In this document: positions 1 to 8,999 of the stretch, one piece after another | Layout: every line of letters begins with the position of its first letter | Numbering within the stretch: position 1 is the stretch's first letter | Source of the DNA: an uncultured Rhizobiaceae bacterium | GTDB lineage: Bacteria; Pseudomonadota; Alphaproteobacteria; Rhizobiales; Rhizobiaceae | DNA: 44,474 nucleotides | NCBI GenBank assembly: GCA_964645215.1 | Contig: CAZXZQ010000001.1 | Location: 1-44,474 of the forward strand | Reading direction: 5' to 3' | Position numbers and translations under genes: made by a program | Notes under the pieces: model-generated | What the model saw: the letters and a program-made list of their open reading frames with translations, nothing else | What the model was told of the DNA's origin: nothing | The model's database searches: none

Positions 1-52
1 ATCATTAATCTTAAATGATATACAATATGTACATTCTCTGGAGTAGACGGAT

Positions 53-277
53 TTGAAAGAACTGATTGCGACCAATAATTTGGTGATCGTCTCTTTCGTA
101 GAATCTCTGCTTAAGGACGCAAGTATTGATTATTTAATATTTGATCAGAACATGAGCATTTTAGAAGGTTCTATTGGCATTATACCACGACGAATTATGG
201 TTGCGGATGGATTGATAAGAAATGCAAGAGCGCTGCTAGAGGATGCTGGAATTGGGAATGAACTTTCTAATAAATAA
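53..277 (+). CDS. DUF2007-like small protein
   Basis: 74-aa ORF with a TTG start about 9 nt after GGAG. The pattern (LVIVSFVESLL...MSILEGSIGIIPRRIMV...ARALLEDAG) matches my memory of the alphaproteobacterial DUF2007 family, which usually precedes a methyltransferase as it does here. Confidence 0.65.
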   Translation: MKELIATNNLVIVSFVESLLKDASIDYLIFDQNMSILEGSIGIIPRRIMVADGLIRNARALLEDAGIGNELSNK

Positions 278-314
278 AGTTCATAATTGTATTTGATCAA
301 CAGAAGATTTTGCG

Positions 315-1100
315 ATGGCTTTGCTCGAGAAAAATGATTTAAAAACTACGCATGATGCTTTTCACAATGGCGCTTTCGAGGTTATTCAACCTTCTGATAA
401 GGGTTATCGAAGTGGCTTGGATGCAATGCTAATTGCAGCTGCATTGCCTGCTTCATCTAAAGGCGTTGTCGCTGATCTTGGCTCAGGTGTTGGTGTTGCA
501 GGTCTTGCCGCTCTTAATCTAAATCGCGAACTTGATGCGCTATTGATTGAGAAAAACGAACAACTTGTAGAACTGGCCGAGCAGTCAATTCGTTTAAATA
601 AGAATTCATTTTTGAGAACCCGATGCACAATTTTAAATGCGGATGTGTTGCTGTCCGGTGAAGAGAGAATGAAGGCGGGTATGAAGCCTGAAAGTGTTGA
701 TCATGTCATTATGAACCCGCCTTATAATTCTGTTTCTGATCGTCCGCCGGTTGACCCTATGCGCATTGAAGCGTTCATGATGGGTGAGGGTGGAGCTGAT
801 GCATGGTTCCGCACGGCAGCGAACATCATACGACCAGGTGGCACGCTAATTACCATTTATAAAACGGAAAACTTTGGTGATATTCTTGCATGTACCAAAG
901 GGAGATTTGGTGGATTGGAAATTTTACCAATCCATTCTCGTGCAGATGAACCCGCAAAGCGCATTATTGTGCGTGGCACATACGGCTCTCGTGCACCAAT
1001 GGCATTGCTGCCAGGTTTTGTGGTGCATGAACAAGATGGAAGCTATACACCTCGCGCGCAAGCTATTGTCGATGGCAAGTCTCATCTTGAGTTTCTATAG
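315..1100 (+). CDS. SAM-dependent methyltransferase, NPPY (N6-adenine/amino) type, TrmN6/YfiC-like
   Basis: 261-aa ORF with a glycine-rich SAM loop (VADLGSGVGVAG) and the catalytic tetrapeptide in VIMNPPYN. Confidence 0.75.
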   Translation: MALLEKNDLKTTHDAFHNGAFEVIQPSDKGYRSGLDAMLIAAALPASSKGVVADLGSGVGVAGLAALNLNRELDALLIEKNEQLVELAEQSIRLNKNSFLRTRCTILNADVLLSGEERMKAGMKPESVDHVIMNPPYNSVSDRPPVDPMRIEAFMMGEGGADAWFRTAANIIRPGGTLITIYKTENFGDILACTKGRFGGLEILPIHSRADEPAKRIIVRGTYGSRAPMALLPGFVVHEQDGSYTPRAQAIVDGKSHLEFL

Positions 1101-1179
1101 TCTTTGAAATTACGCCCTTGCATTTTTGGTTGTTTCTGACCATTTGTAAGAGAAGATTAAACATTCAAAAAAAAGTGCT

Positions 1180-2028
1180 ATGAACTTTAGAAGATTCCTG
1201 CCAGGTAAACTTGGCAAAAAGAAAGTCACCATTCCTGTTGTTAGATTATCAGGTGCTATTGCTGCTGGCGGTAGTCCGTTAAATCGCACCTTATCGATGG
1301 CTGGTGCTGCGCCACTTTTAGAAAAAGCATTTTCAGATAAGAAGACGCCTGCGGTTGCAATCGTTATCAATTCGCCAGGTGGTTCACCTGTGCAGTCTAA
1401 TTTGATTTATACGCGTATTCGCCAATTGGCTGATGAAAAAGGCAAACACGTTCTCGTATTTGTTGAAGATGTTGCCGCATCAGGCGGGTATATGTTGGCG
1501 ATTGCAGGTGACGAAATTTTTGTCGATGAGATGTCCATCATCGGTTCAATTGGTGTTGTTTCTGCAAGCTTTGGTTTTGATAAAGCTATTGAAAAACTAG
1601 GCGTTGAGCGCCGCGTTTATACAGCCGGTAAAAACAAAGTTTCCTTAGACCCATTCCAACCAGAGAAGAAGGCAGACATTGCTTATCTGAAAGAATTGCA
1701 ACTGGAAATTCATCAGGTCTTTATTGATATGGTGACAGCACGGCGCGGTGACAAATTGTCGGATGATCCTGATATCTTTACTGGCAAGTTCTGGACTGGC
1801 CTCCGCGCCAAAGAGCTAGGCCTTGTGGATGGATTTGGTCATATTGGCACCATTATTAAAGAGCGTTATGGTGAGGACGCGGAATTAAAACTCATTCAGC
1901 AAAAACGCGGGCTTTTAAATCGTGGTGGTGAAAGCGGCATATCATTTGCATCCCATGCTGAGGCTTTAGTGGACGCAAGTGTTATGACAGCGGAAGAAAA
2001 AGCCTTGCGCGCCCGCTTTGGATTGTAA
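1180..2028 (+). CDS. S49 family peptidase (SppA-like)
   Basis: 282-aa ORF. It has ClpP/crotonase-fold S49 hallmarks (VAIVINSPGGSP, VEDVAASGGYMLA, SIGV) and a basic N-terminus. Confidence 0.8.
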   Translation: MNFRRFLPGKLGKKKVTIPVVRLSGAIAAGGSPLNRTLSMAGAAPLLEKAFSDKKTPAVAIVINSPGGSPVQSNLIYTRIRQLADEKGKHVLVFVEDVAASGGYMLAIAGDEIFVDEMSIIGSIGVVSASFGFDKAIEKLGVERRVYTAGKNKVSLDPFQPEKKADIAYLKELQLEIHQVFIDMVTARRGDKLSDDPDIFTGKFWTGLRAKELGLVDGFGHIGTIIKERYGEDAELKLIQQKRGLLNRGGESGISFASHAEALVDASVMTAEEKALRARFGL

Positions 2029-2054
2029 GGCGTGGATTTTTAAGGGAGGGTAAT

Positions 2055-2231
2055 ATGCAACTGATCGCAGTTGGCTTGGTAGGCGGCCTGGTCTGGTACG
2101 GATATCGCGCATTTAAACGTGAGATGAAGCGTGTTGGTGAACAAATTCGCGAAGAAGAAAAAAAAGCGGCTTCAAAAACAGTTCTAAAGCAAGATGAAGA
2201 TGGCGTTTATCGCCCTACAAAAGACGATTAA
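2055..2231 (+). CDS. small membrane protein (58 aa), not in the supplied ORF track
   Basis: The ATG at 2055 lies 5 nt after a GGAGG core (taaGGGAGGGtaatATG). It encodes MQLIAVGLVGGLVWYGYRAFKREMKRVGEQIREEEKKAASKTVLKQDEDGVYRPTKDD, ending at TAA 2229-2231. The protein has one N-terminal TM helix and a charged tail. It starts 26 nt downstream of the S49 peptidase stop on the same strand. Confidence 0.5.
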   Translation: MQLIAVGLVGGLVWYGYRAFKREMKRVGEQIREEEKKAASKTVLKQDEDGVYRPTKDD

Positions 2232-2237
2232 TAATCG

Positions 2238-3545
2238 TCAATTAATCAGCCCTTCACTCACCCCCGCATTCGCTTCGGCAATAATTTCGGGGTTATAATA
2301 CTCCCCTGTGTTTACCACCTGCGCGGTCGCGTATTGGAAATTATCCATTTCATCTTGCGGAACAGCTGCGCGCGCAAAAATGCGTAATAGAACGAAGTTT
2401 AAAAACAGACCTGAGATAATCAGAAGTATCCACATGAACATCTGAACAGGGAAAAATTGCAATAGAACCGTTGAAATCATCGGCACAATAAAGGCACCGG
2501 TAGACCAAATCACCATCAAGGTTGAAGACAAGAAGACATAATGTTTTGGATCTGCCCGATCATTAGCAAGTGCGCTTGAAACAGAATAAATTGTTTCAAT
2601 TGAGCCGGACCATAAAGCAAACATCAACACCAGCCAGATGAAGCTTAAGTTTGATTCAGTTAATATTGCTAGCACACCCAAAATGACAGACATGCAAGAA
2701 ACAATTACCAATACATAACGGCGGTCGATCCGGTCTGACATAGCCCCCATCGGCAATTGCACGACGAGCAAGCCCATCTGCATCATCAATAAGAGCAGTC
2801 CAATATCGGCTGGTGTGTAATTTAAAGTGCCAGCATAAATAGGTGCAAACCCCTGGAGGGTAATGGTCAGGCCACCAATACAAAGCATGCCCATAAAACC
2901 AACCGGTGAAATTTTCCAAAGCTTGCGGATCTGAATGTTGAACTCTTCGGGTGCTTCTGGTTGGCGCAGCCGCGTGAGGCCAACTGGTAAAATAGCCAGT
3001 GTCACCAACCCAACACAAATTGCCATGGGTATATGACTATCCACGTCCATATAGCCGATTGAATAGGAACCAAGGCCCAATGCAACAACATAGCTCACAT
3101 AAAAACTTGTAATCACCCGCCCGCGTATTTCATCAGTGCAAGCATCATGCAACCAGCTTTGCGCAACAATAAATGCGCCATTAATGCCAAACCCATAAAG
3201 TGCGCGAGCAAATATCCAGACGTAAGGATTGTCGGTCAGCAGAATGATTAAAAAAGACCAGATAATGAACGCATAAACACTCATAAAAACACGCGCATGA
3301 CCAGAAAGACGCAAGAGCCAACCAACTGCAAGACAGCCGGCTAATCCCCCAAGTGACATGGCTGGAAACATCGCAGACGCAACCCAAGGTTCAAAACCCA
3401 ACTGCGAAAGCGTGATCGGGATATAGGCAAATCCTATACCAGATGCCAGCGCCATCATTATCATGGAGATAATAATGCCTGACATTGCTATGGGAGGAGC
3501 GCTAATGCGAACCTCAGTTGTTTCGATAATGGTGTCTTCTTCCAT
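2238..3545 (-). CDS. MFS transporter
   Basis: Long hydrophobic ORF with about 12 predicted TM segments and an MFS-like loop motif (MSDRIDRRYV). The ORF track begins at a GTG at 3557; I prefer the ATG at 3545 (MEEDTII...), but neither start has a strong SD. Confidence 0.8.
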   Translation of the reverse strand: MEEDTIIETTEVRISAPPIAMSGIIISMIMMALASGIGFAYIPITLSQLGFEPWVASAMFPAMSLGGLAGCLAVGWLLRLSGHARVFMSVYAFIIWSFLIILLTDNPYVWIFARALYGFGINGAFIVAQSWLHDACTDEIRGRVITSFYVSYVVALGLGSYSIGYMDVDSHIPMAICVGLVTLAILPVGLTRLRQPEAPEEFNIQIRKLWKISPVGFMGMLCIGGLTITLQGFAPIYAGTLNYTPADIGLLLLMMQMGLLVVQLPMGAMSDRIDRRYVLVIVSCMSVILGVLAILTESNLSFIWLVLMFALWSGSIETIYSVSSALANDRADPKHYVFLSSTLMVIWSTGAFIVPMISTVLLQFFPVQMFMWILLIISGLFLNFVLLRIFARAAVPQDEMDNFQYATAQVVNTGEYYNPEIIAEANAGVSEGLIN

Positions 3546-3690
3546 GATATATCTCACTTAAGGGAAGAAAATTTCTATAATTCCTCTTTATTCTTGAAAT
3601 TGGTTCTCTACAAATCCTGAACACGTCATAAATGTCGTTTTGCGCGTGAGCGTGCTTGACCAATTTCATTGACGCGCCTAAACAGGTTTT

Positions 3691-4647
3691 ATGAATTCTA
3701 CAGCTGAAAAATTACCGGACTATATGCATCCAACCCGCTCGTTTCAGGGCTTAATCCTGACGCTTCATAACTATTGGGCTGAGTATGGATGTGTGATCCT
3801 GCAACCCTACGACATGGAAGTAGGAGCGGGCACATTTCATCCGGCAACAACCCTGCGCTCACTTGGTCCAAAGCATTGGAATGCAGCTTATGTGCAACCC
3901 TCTCGTCGACCAACGGATGGTCGCTATGGTGAGAACCCAAACCGCCTGCAACACTATTATCAATACCAAACATTATTAAAGCCATCTCCGCCAAATTTGC
4001 AGGAACTTTATTTGGGTTCGCTTGCCGCAATTGGCATTGACCCGATGTTGCATGACATTCGATTTGTAGAAGATGATTGGGAAAGTCCAACATTGGGGGC
4101 TTGGGGGCTTGGATGGGAAGTTTGGTGCGACGGCATGGAAGTCTCGCAGTTTACATATTTCCAACAGGTTTGCGGCTTTGAATGTTCGCCGGTTGCGGGC
4201 GAACTCACCTACGGGCTTGAGCGTTTGGCCATGTATGTGCAGGACGTCGACAATGTCTATGACCTCAATTTCAACGGCCAGGAAGGCAATGCCAAAGTCA
4301 CTTATGGAGACGTCTTCCAGCAAACCGAACGCGAATATTCCCGCTGGAATTTTGACGTTGCAGATACTGACACATTGCTCAAGCATTTTGAAGATGCGGA
4401 AGCTGAATGTAACCGTATCTTGGCCCAAGAAGACATCGACCCGAAAAACGGTAAATCAATTGTTATGGCGCATCCTGCCTATGACCAATGCATCAAGGCG
4501 TCTCATGTGTTCAATTTGCTTGATGCGCGCGGCGTGATTTCTGTGACTGAGCGTCAGAGTTATATTCTGCGTGTTCGTACATTGGCACGTGCTTGCGGAG
4601 AAGCATTTTTGAAAACCGAAGCGGGTGGAGGGCAACCCAATGAGTGA
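3691..4647 (+). CDS. glyQ: glycine--tRNA ligase alpha subunit
   Basis: 318 aa with full-length GlyQ character ([68 protein letters not shown]-type motif). Confidence 0.97.
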   Translation: MNSTAEKLPDYMHPTRSFQGLILTLHNYWAEYGCVILQPYDMEVGAGTFHPATTLRSLGPKHWNAAYVQPSRRPTDGRYGENPNRLQHYYQYQTLLKPSPPNLQELYLGSLAAIGIDPMLHDIRFVEDDWESPTLGAWGLGWEVWCDGMEVSQFTYFQQVCGFECSPVAGELTYGLERLAMYVQDVDNVYDLNFNGQEGNAKVTYGDVFQQTEREYSRWNFDVADTDTLLKHFEDAEAECNRILAQEDIDPKNGKSIVMAHPAYDQCIKASHVFNLLDARGVISVTERQSYILRVRTLARACGEAFLKTEAGGGQPNE

Positions 4648-4879
4648 GCCAAAACGCGCAGGTGATAACCCAGAGCGGGTGGAAGTCAAAGCCGGTGAAA
4701 CTTATTTTTACTGCACATGCGGGGAATCTGCGAAACAACCTTTTTGCGATGGCTCGCATAAGGGTTCAGACTTCGCACCCATAAAATGGACTGCCGAAGA
4801 GGATGGACCCAAGTTTTTCTGCACATGTAAAGCGACCGAAAAAGCACCCTTTTGCGATGGATCGCACAGCAAGGCTTAA
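4640..4879 (+). CDS. CDGSH iron-sulfur domain protein (two CDGSH motifs)
   Basis: Two copies of the C-x-C-x2-(S/T)-x3-P-x-CDGSH signature ([16 protein letters not shown] and [16 protein letters not shown]). The start ATG at 4640 overlaps the glyQ stop (ATGAGTGA); an alternative in-frame ATG lies at 4625. Confidence 0.85.
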   Translation: MSEPKRAGDNPERVEVKAGETYFYCTCGESAKQPFCDGSHKGSDFAPIKWTAEEDGPKFFCTCKATEKAPFCDGSHSKA

Positions 4880-4908
4880 TTGAGAATGAAAATGGTTGGG
4901 TTAGGCTA

Positions 4909-5292
4909 ATGAGTGAACTTAAAATTCTGGGTACGGCATCCGTTTTTTTGACAACGCAAATGATTGCGTCATTAGACTATTGGCGTGATAAATTGGGTTT
5001 CACTGCCAATGTGTGGGGCGATCCAATTAGCCATGCGATATTAGACCGCGACGGTTTTAAAATCATGCTAAGCACGGCATCGAAGGAACATGAGATTGTA
5101 CCAAACTGGAAGATAAACGGTATTTGGAATGCGTATTTTTGGATAAATGATGCCACAGCGCTTTATGATGAATATACAAAGTCTGGCGCAATTATCGATT
5201 ATAAATTACATGAGAAACCATACGGTGTCTTAGAGTTTGGAATCCAGGACTTGGATGGACATGATATCGCTTTTGGCCAGGACATAAATTAA
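4909..5292 (+). CDS. VOC (glyoxalase/bleomycin-resistance fold) family protein
   Basis: About 127 aa from the ATG at 4909 (MSELKILG...). The ends look VOC/bleomycin-resistance-like (GFKIMLS..., YGVLEFGIQDLDGHDIAFGQ). The track ORF starts at 4852, inside the CDGSH gene, which I consider unlikely. Confidence 0.7.
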   Translation: MSELKILGTASVFLTTQMIASLDYWRDKLGFTANVWGDPISHAILDRDGFKIMLSTASKEHEIVPNWKINGIWNAYFWINDATALYDEYTKSGAIIDYKLHEKPYGVLEFGIQDLDGHDIAFGQDIN

Positions 5293-5405
5293 TGCCAGAC
5301 TTACTACTCGAACTTTTCTCTGAAGAGATACTGAGCCGCCCGCCTTGCCCGCAGCAGCAAGGCTGCGAGGACAGGCAAATAGAAAAATGCATGCGTAGTT
5401 TTTAA
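5292..5405 (+). pseudogene. relic copy of the glyS 5' end, forming a 37-codon uORF
   Basis: Positions 5292-5331 are 35/40 identical to the glyS start at 5416-5455 and encode the same first 13 residues, [13 protein letters not shown]. After that the sequence diverges and ends at TAA 5403-5405, 10 nt before the real glyS ATG. Its own ATG overlaps the VOC stop (TAATG). Confidence 0.6.
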
Positions 5406-5415
5406 GTGAGATAAA

Positions 5416-7662
5416 ATGCCAGATTTACTACTCGAACTTTTTTCCGAAGAAATTCCCTCTCGCATGCAACGAAAAGCTGCGGACGATTTGCGTACGGCAG
5501 TCACAAATGCGCTGGTTGATGCTGGCCTGACATATGAGGGCGCGAAAGAATATTGGACACCGCGTAGATTGGTTTTGGATATTCGTGGGCTAACTGCGCG
5601 TTCAGCCGATATAAAAGAAGAGCGTAAAGGGCCGCGCACAGACGCACCGGAAAAAGCACTTGAAGGCTTTATGCGCGGTGCAGGCTTGTCTTCCATTGAT
5701 GATGCAGAAGTTCGTACCGACCCTAAAAAGGGTGACTTTTATGTTGCCGTCATTGAGAAGCCGGGCCGGGACGCAAGCGATATTATTGCCGAAGCCATGC
5801 CGGGCATCATCAAAGGGTTCCCTTGGCCAAAATCCATGCGCTGGGGTGAAAGCTCCGGTGATGCGGGCAGTCTCAAATGGGTGCGTCCGCTTCAATCTAT
5901 TCTATGTTTATTTGGTCCGGAAACAGAAGAAATGGACGTGGTTGATTTTGAAGTGGATGGGATCAAGTCTGGCAAAGTCTCTCGTGGGCATCGTTTTATG
6001 GCGCCAGCGGATTTTGAAGTAAAACATTTTGACGATTACGCGGCGAAGCTTGCAAAAGCATTTGTAATTTTGGATGCGGAAACGCGCAAGGAAACCATTT
6101 TAACGGAAGCAAAAAATCTTGCCTTCGCTCAAGGCTTGGAACTGGTTGATGATCCGGCGCTTCTCGAAGAAGTGGCGGGCCTGGTCGAATGGCCTGTGCC
6201 GCTAATGGGCGAATATGAAGAAGACTTTTTGGACATTCCGGCAGAAGTCATTCAGCTCACCATCCGCGAAAATCAAAAATGTTTTGTGTTGGCAAAGCCG
6301 AGTGGTGAACTCACCAACAAGTTTATGCTCGTCTCTAACATCACACCATCTGATGGCGGAGCAGAAGTCATCCGAGGCAATGGCAAAGTGGTGAATGCCC
6401 GTTTGTCGGACGCGAAGTTTTTCTGGGAAAGCGATTTGCATCAGATTAATTCCGATGCAGGTTTTGAATCGTGGATCGAAAAACTAAATACGGTCACCTT
6501 CCACGCCAAACTTGGAACGCAAGGCGATCGGGTCGCACGGATTACGGCATTATCTTGGGAGTTTGAATCTTCGGTAGGTGCGAATAAAACGAGTATAACA
6601 ATCGCATCCCAATTATGTAAGGCTGATTTGAATTCAGCAATGGTAACTGAATTTGCTAAAGTGCAAGGTAAGATGGGTCGCGAATATGCAACCCGCTCAG
6701 GCCTCGATGCTTCTGTCGCGCTTGCCATTCAAGAACATTATTCACCGCTGGGACCAACAGACGATGTGCCAAGTGATGCTGTTTCTGTAACAGTAGCATT
6801 GGCAGATAAGCTCGATATGCTTGTTGGTTTCTGGGCCATTGATGAGAAACCAACCGGCAAGGGTGACCCATTTGCGCTTCGCCGCGCAGCGCTTGGAGTT
6901 ATTAGACTAATTTTGGAAAACAGAATTCAGATTGGTTTAAAACAATTTTTTCAATTTGCTATGTCGAGTCACAGTTATTCGGAATATCAACGACAAATTG
7001 GCGTGCAAAACTCTGAAATTGCTGCATTTTCGATCAAAAATCCGCATTTGTTAGACACTTCAACTGCAGCCTTAAGAAAGAATATCACGGCAAGAGGAAT
7101 GCATAAGGCATTTGGAAAGTCGCAAAATGAGCTTAAAGAAGTTGAAGTTGACCTCCTCTCATTCTTCCATGAACGTCTCAAAGTCTATTTGCGTGACAAA
7201 GGCATTCGTCATGATTTGATTGATGCGGTTTTGACCGAACAGGCGGATGATTTGTTGATGGTAAGCCGCAAAGCCGAGGCACTACAAAAGCTCATTGATT
7301 CCGAAGATGGTCAAAACTTGCTTGCTGGCTATAAACGCGCGGCAAATATTCTGGTGGCGGAAGAGAAAAAGGGAACGAACATCGCGGATAGCGTTTCTGC
7401 CAATCTCCTTTCCGATGAGGCAGAGAAGGCGCTCAATACAGCCATCGACAAGACAGTTGAATGCAATGAAACCGCACTTGCTAATGAAAATTTTGAAGGT
7501 GCGATGACAGCCCTTGCATCACTCCGCGCGCCTATCGACAAATTTTTTGAACTTCACATTATGAATGATGATGAAAATATCCGGGCTAATCGTTTGGCAA
7601 TGTTGGTTCGTATTCGTTCAGCAATGCATGATGTTGCGGATTTCGGTAAGATTAGTGGATGA
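5416..7662 (+). CDS. glyS: glycine--tRNA ligase beta subunit
   Basis: 748 aa with a GlyS N-terminus ([18 protein letters not shown]), [30 protein letters not shown] and a C-terminal anticodon-binding-like region. Confidence 0.97.
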   Translation: MPDLLLELFSEEIPSRMQRKAADDLRTAVTNALVDAGLTYEGAKEYWTPRRLVLDIRGLTARSADIKEERKGPRTDAPEKALEGFMRGAGLSSIDDAEVRTDPKKGDFYVAVIEKPGRDASDIIAEAMPGIIKGFPWPKSMRWGESSGDAGSLKWVRPLQSILCLFGPETEEMDVVDFEVDGIKSGKVSRGHRFMAPADFEVKHFDDYAAKLAKAFVILDAETRKETILTEAKNLAFAQGLELVDDPALLEEVAGLVEWPVPLMGEYEEDFLDIPAEVIQLTIRENQKCFVLAKPSGELTNKFMLVSNITPSDGGAEVIRGNGKVVNARLSDAKFFWESDLHQINSDAGFESWIEKLNTVTFHAKLGTQGDRVARITALSWEFESSVGANKTSITIASQLCKADLNSAMVTEFAKVQGKMGREYATRSGLDASVALAIQEHYSPLGPTDDVPSDAVSVTVALADKLDMLVGFWAIDEKPTGKGDPFALRRAALGVIRLILENRIQIGLKQFFQFAMSSHSYSEYQRQIGVQNSEIAAFSIKNPHLLDTSTAALRKNITARGMHKAFGKSQNELKEVEVDLLSFFHERLKVYLRDKGIRHDLIDAVLTEQADDLLMVSRKAEALQKLIDSEDGQNLLAGYKRAANILVAEEKKGTNIADSVSANLLSDEAEKALNTAIDKTVECNETALANENFEGAMTALASLRAPIDKFFELHIMNDDENIRANRLAMLVRIRSAMHDVADFGKISG

Positions 7663-7686
7663 CGCTCTAATTTAGGAACCAACAAA

Positions 7687-8154
7687 ATGAAAACTTGGAA
7701 ACTCTACCTCTCTGGTGAAATTCATACCGACTGGCGTGAGCAGATTGAGGCCGGATGCAAGGCAGCTAATTTGCCCGTTTCATTCTCCGCGCCCGTTACG
7801 CACCACGAAGCATCGGATGATTGCGGCGTGGCTATTCTGGGCGAAGAGCCAAACAAGTTTTGGCATGATCACAAAGGGGCGCAGATGAATGCGATCCGCA
7901 CCCGTACGCTGATTGGTGAAGCGGATATTGTGATTGTACGATTTGGTGAAAAATACAAACAGTGGAATGCGGCTTTCGATGCAGGTTATGCCTCTGCGCT
8001 TGGCAAACCTACCATCATCATGCACCAAGATGAACACGCACATGCCTTGAAGGAGGTCGATGCTTCCGCACTTGCGGTTACTAAAACGCCAGAAGAGATT
8101 GTTGAGATTTTGGCTTACGTGATTAGCGGAGAATTAAAGGGATATACGGGGTAA
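7687..8154 (+). CDS. YtoQ family protein (nucleoside 2-deoxyribosyltransferase-like fold)
   Basis: 155 aa. YLSGEIHTDWREQI...FGEKYKQWNAAFDAGYASALGKP closely matches my memory of Bacillus YtoQ. Confidence 0.85.
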   Translation: MKTWKLYLSGEIHTDWREQIEAGCKAANLPVSFSAPVTHHEASDDCGVAILGEEPNKFWHDHKGAQMNAIRTRTLIGEADIVIVRFGEKYKQWNAAFDAGYASALGKPTIIMHQDEHAHALKEVDASALAVTKTPEEIVEILAYVISGELKGYTG

Positions 8155-8165
8155 AAACCAAATTC

Positions 8166-8196
8166 CGTCATCCTAGGGACAAGCCCTAGGATGACG
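8166..8196. terminator. perfect 13-bp stem / 5-nt loop hairpin between convergent genes (REP-like, probably a bidirectional terminator)
   Basis: CGTCATCCTAGGG-acaag-CCCTAGGATGACG sits in the 53-nt gap between the ytoQ-like stop (8154) and the crotonase stop (8208). The flanks are A/T-rich. There is no long U-tract on the + strand, and GAATTTGGTTTTT follows on the - strand. Confidence 0.6.
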
Positions 8197-8207
8197 ACCG
8201 AAATTTA

Positions 8208-8999
8208 TTACTCCCTAAACTTCCCATGCTTACCAACACCAGATGAAAACCGCGTTGCCCCAGCAACCGTTTCACCAGAATTGATTGTCGCCATACCAAG
8301 CTTTGTCTCGTTATGGATCGCCGCTTCCGTATCAAGTGACCACTGATCAAGCATCGATTGTCGGTCACTGCGCATACAGGCTTGCGGGAATTTGGCAATC
8401 TCCTTGGCGAGTTGAATGGCAGTCTCAAGTGCAGAACCTGAACCACATACTCGGTTTGCCAGACCAATCTGCCCCGCCTCTTTTGCCTCAACCGGACGGC
8501 CTGTTAAAATCAGGTCCATGGCGCGGGATTGGCCAATTAGACGCGGCAGGCGGATAGTCCCCATGTCAATCAGAGGCACACCGAACCGGCGACAGAAAAT
8601 TCCCATAATAGCATCTTCAGCCATGACGCGTAGATCACACCAAAGTGCCAACTCCATACCGCCCGCAACTGCGTGGCCTTCAATAGCCGCGATCACAGGC
8701 TTAGAAAGTTGCATACGAGAAACACCCATCGGTGCAAGCGAATTGATGCCGCCATCCTCCATCGGGTTCTCACCTTCGCCCTCGGCGAGCGCCTTGAGGT
8801 CTGCGCCCGCGCAAAACGTGCCACTCATGCCTGTGAGAATGGCGGCGTCGGAATTTTCATCTTTGTCAAATTGCTGAAATGCTGCGTAAAGCTCACGGGC
8901 AGTTTCACCATTAACGGCATTGCGGCGCTCGGTCCGATTAATTGCGATGGTCGTGACGCGTTCATCTTGGGTGATAATGAGGTTGTTGAAGTTAGCCAT
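8208..8999 (-). CDS. enoyl-CoA hydratase/isomerase (crotonase) family protein
   Basis: 263 aa with crotonase motifs ([36 protein letters not shown]). It overlaps the purD 3' end by 8 nt on the same strand. Confidence 0.85.
   Translation of the reverse strand: MANFNNLIITQDERVTTIAINRTERRNAVNGETARELYAAFQQFDKDENSDAAILTGMSGTFCAGADLKALAEGEGENPMEDGGINSLAPMGVSRMQLSKPVIAAIEGHAVAGGMELALWCDLRVMAEDAIMGIFCRRFGVPLIDMGTIRLPRLIGQSRAMDLILTGRPVEAKEAGQIGLANRVCGSGSALETAIQLAKEIAKFPQACMRSDRQSMLDQWSLDTEAAIHNETKLGMATINSGETVAGATRFSSGVGKHGKFRE

Noticed and set aside
3656-3684. A promoter-like TTGACC-N17-TAAACA element directly upstream of glyQ. It would make glyQ nearly leaderless.
   Set aside because: Hexamer matches alone are not sufficient. 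An AGG 4 nt upstream of the ATG argues instead for a leadered mRNA starting further upstream. I therefore did not report it as a feature.
3698-4537. Three long alternative-frame or antisense ORFs inside glyQ (3698-4093 -, 3976-4428 -, 4073-4537 +).
   Set aside because: They lie entirely within an unmistakable glyQ frame. They have no SD, and their composition is skewed in the way typical of shadow frames.
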